Assembly (NCBI GenBank): GCA_976551045.1 | Contig: CDPCPM010000092.1 | Location: 9,362,001 to 9,426,000 of the forward strand | Direction of reading: 5' to 3' | DNA from: Glaucostegus cemiculus | Lineage: Eukaryota | Length of the DNA stretch: 64,000 nt | Shown: one piece after another, positions 63,541 to 64,000 of the stretch | How the letters are laid out: each line of letters begins with the position of its first letter | Position numbering within the stretch: the first letter of the stretch is position 1 | Notes under the pieces: generated by a model | The model's database searches: none | The model's input: only the letters and a program-made list of their open reading frames with translations | What the model was told of the DNA's origin: nothing | Translations under genes and position numbers: made by a program

Positions 63541-64000
63541 TAAAAATACACAGACAAATGCTGTGCCTTGGAACTGAATTTCAAGGCTTGGAATTATTAA
63601 CTTTTACTTGGTTTTGCATTGATGTAATCACAAGTAATGTAATGTATTGCAGGAAGAAAAAGTTAAACAAAACCATTTTGGAAACTTTTCAAATTTGAAA
63701 CTGTACCATAATTGATGAGTGAAGAAAACATTAATATCGCTGTCTGAAAAATCTGGAACTGCTCCATAATTGTAACTAATAGTCTGAAGCAAGTGTTACT
63801 TAAGCAAAATATAACAAAATGTAAACGATAACAAACTTTGTCTGCATTTAAGAGGAAGTGATCTAATTGAAAAGATCAGGTTGCAAACAGCAAAACATGT
63901 ATCTGTAACTATTGACTGAAAGCAGGGACATGATTGCCTTGAAGTCACTCTAGTGTGCCCATTGGTAAAATTGTCTTTATGCTGGTTCGAGCCCACTTTT

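Noticed and set aside
51050-64000. TBC1D5 coding exons expected from synteny
   Set aside because: No minus-strand peptide matching TBC1D5 was recognised.

Overview
Vertebrate genomic DNA, almost certainly a cartilaginous fish (elasmobranch, probably a ray/batoid, judged from the repeat families). No prokaryotic features. The only host gene I can support is the 3' part of PLCL2 (inactive phospholipase C-like 2 / PRIP-2) on the + strand: three GT-AG exons at 21797-21872 (76 nt), 33612-33721 (110 nt) and 45199-45441 (terminal coding exon). They splice in frame, and a probable 3' UTR runs to about 46890. The upstream exons were not found in the window. The rest is intronic or intergenic DNA densely filled with decayed retroelements: CR1 LINEs of several ages, a second CR1/L2-group LINE, L2, Rex1/Babar, Penelope-like elements with decayed hammerhead motifs and palindromic derivatives, tRNA-derived V-SINEs with two different LINE tails, Deu-type SINEs and a Tigger-like MITE. 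The most notable observations concern insertion mechanics: a chimeric CR1 insertion that carries about 440 bp of unrelated sequence inside one 7-bp TSD, recurrent templated or fold-back filler at LINE 5' junctions, and hammerhead-bearing Penelope palindromes. Family names come from motif recognition, not database searches, and boundaries of old repeats are approximate.
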